A stretch of 64,000 nucleotides of DNA, taken from positions 146,630,001 through 146,694,000 of the forward strand of contig OZ024741.1 of the NCBI GenBank assembly GCA_964016885.1, given 5' to 3'. Source of the stretch: Eledone cirrhosa (lineage: Eukaryota). Shown here in pieces: positions 63,101 to 64,000 of the stretch. Below the pieces are notes generated by a model. It did not search any database. It saw only the letters and a program-made list of their open reading frames with translations, and had not been told where the DNA came from. Each line of letters opens with the position of its first letter. The stretch's first letter is position 1. The translations under genes and the position numbers were made by a program.

Positions 63101-63900
63101 CTCCTGCAATGATTAGGAAGTCCTTGTCGTCTGTTAGAGCAGTAGTGTGTATTAGGGACTCGTAAAACCTATCCTTAAGTTCGTCTGGCAGCCCCGATTG
63201 GGGTGCGTAAGCTGATATTATTGTGGTAATTGTCTTATTCAGGACTAGTCTGAGTTTAATGATTCTTGCATTTACCCTGTACACTGAGATTACTTTATCT
63301 ACCCACTTGTCAGCTAATAGTATACCTACACCACCCATCCCATCGTCATTTCCCACCCAGAAAAATTTGTAGCACTGGCTTTTTCCTACAAGGACTCTAG
63401 CAGACCCTCCTCTCCATCTAGTCTCTTGCACACAGCATACATCAACTTCCTTTCGCTCTAGCATTTCTACGATTTCTCCTGCTCTTCCTTTCATTGAGCC
63501 TACATTGATGGTACCAACTCGGAGTTTTGGGCATTTGTCGACACTCGTAGGGGAGGGTCTCTGGGTTGGCGCTTCACGTGGGTGCTTGGTAGCTCGCAGA
63601 TTCATATTTCATCTATTGATTCAGAGTTGCTCGTGTATTCCCAGCTCATCCATCCCTAACGGTGGGAAAATTGAGGGCTAGAAGGACAGTGGTGGTGGGG
63701 TAATGGCAGGGTGTGTTGGGATGCGCCAGAGGAGGAGAGAGTTAGTTAGGCAGGTAGTAGCAGCAGCAGCAGTGGAAATGGCATGCTAGGTTTGATTGGT
63801 CGAATAGACTATGGTGGTGTGTGGGGGTGGGGGGGAGGTAAATTGTGAGGTAGGAACTGAGGGTCGCATGGTAAATAACTGAGAGAGATACAATAGGATT
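60177..63900 (-). mobile_element. Near full-length RTE LINE (family 1) with 3' UTR and (TGA)n tail; 5' boundary uncertain and may run past the window
   Basis: The ORF above; 3' UTR at 60199-60485 shared with many copies in the window; (TCA)n on the + strand at 60177-60198 is the simple-repeat tail; C-rich leader upstream of the ATG. Confidence 0.9.
60486..63605 (-). CDS. Intact ORF of an RTE-clade non-LTR retrotransposon: APE endonuclease, reverse transcriptase and an inserted PHD finger (1039 aa)
   Basis: Uninterrupted 1039-aa ORF. APE motifs: GTINVG, VCCVQETRW, SAYAPQ, IIAGDFNGHVG, QLDFIL, SQHSLV. RT motifs: NYRGIKL, QFGFVPG, AFVDLEKAFDRV, GVHQGSVLSPLLF, LLYADD, FCYLG. RTE-type C-terminus RLRWYGHV...GRPKMTW. 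Confidence 0.97.
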   Translation of the reverse strand: MNLRATKHPREAPTQRPSPTSVDKCPKLRVGTINVGSMKGRAGEIVEMLERKEVDVCCVQETRWRGGSARVLVGKSQCYKFFWVGNDDGMGGVGILLADKWVDKVISVYRVNARIIKLRLVLNKTITTIISAYAPQSGLPDELKDRFYESLIHTTALTDDKDFLIIAGDFNGHVGKHCDGFNRVHGGHGVGTRNEEGFRLLEFCDANDMSICNTNFKKPDNHLITYRSGEHSSQLDFILIRGRDRWTVVNTKAFPSEECTSQHSLVVSDLTVRTRRALKQRPTWRRKIWKLKVPSTSNRFKDILLNAYDSKEEQIETFNVEENWEFLKNNLLEATDEVCGWSKTSSRRRVTWWWNNKVDEAVKAKRQAWKEWKNGGSRVHYIETKREARRQVYLARREAEDRKFKHVLQREDQKQEVFKIARQCVRDSCDVIGEKCIRNDKGELALTSAEKKDAWKSHYDRLLNEENAWEEETLPHVDPIEGPAVQVSGSVVSKAIRDMKIGKATGPSGIAAEMLKASGSVGHTITTRIVNQVILEGAIPKDWCSSIIVNCYKGKGDALARGNYRGIKLMDQVMKVTERVIAQLIRDRVNIDEMQFGFVPGKGTTDALFLVRQLQEKYLAKSKPLYLAFVDLEKAFDRVPRAVIWWALRKLGVDEWLVKAVQAMYRGAVSKVRIGNEYSEEFSVQVGVHQGSVLSPLLFIIVLQAITEEFKTGCPWELLYADDLALIAESMVELENKFQTWKQGLERKGLKVNMTKTKVLISRRENRTQIPSGKWPCSVCRKGVGRNSILCPKCKQWVHKRCSGISGSLIKNVGFTCSSCAETASKQPQETSTTNLWEGPVETVDSFCYLGDRISNGGGCSESTITRVRTGWKKFRELLPLLAAKGFSLRMKGRLYDACIRTAMLHGSETWALKVEDLRRLERNEACMLRWMCNSNIRERQSINELRERLSIRGIKCCVQERRLRWYGHVMRMKDDSCIKRCRALEVDGNRGVGRPKMTWDEVIKADLTQLHLSKSMTHDRDFWRDAVIQGTRPPMGTC

Positions 63901-64000
63901 AGAATACCGCATGGTAAATATCCAAGTTAATAAGTTAATACTACATCAGTAAAATTAACAATAATAACGTCATGAAAAAAAAAAAAGCTACTAAGAGAAA

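Noticed and set aside
60358-63165. Long + strand ORFs (234 aa, 209 aa and shorter)
   Set aside because: Antisense shadows of the RTE ORF with no recognisable motifs.

Overview
AT-rich eukaryotic DNA, apparently intronic or intergenic, with no host protein-coding exon I can support. The SINE/LINE repertoire (tRNA-CORE SINEs with RTE tails, Meta-domain SINEs, dense (TA)n and (TGA)n microsatellites) suggests a coleoid cephalopod, most likely Octopus; this is inference. The window is a mosaic of mobile DNA: (1) one intact RTE-clade LINE ORF (60486-63605, minus; APE endonuclease plus RT with a C4HC3 PHD finger inserted) and about nine decayed copies; (2) its partner tRNA-CORE SINE, which shares the LINE 3' UTR; (3) a variable-copy 48-bp unit in that UTR that can fold as a GNRA hairpin plus H-type pseudoknot; (4) two other decayed RTE families, CRE-like fragments, a Tc1/mariner deletion derivative, and piggyBac-, pogo- and Helitron-like non-autonomous elements; (5) a Penelope-like GIY-YIG remnant together with several type-I hammerhead ribozyme motifs and long palindromic insertions. 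The palindromes include a head-to-head hammerhead pair (57086-57254) and a head-to-head tRNA-cloverleaf pair (28215-28460). The Penelope/hammerhead/palindrome set and the repeated UTR pseudoknot module are the best candidates for undescribed biology. All family assignments and folds were made by eye, and most entries in the ORF track are microsatellite or antisense artefacts.
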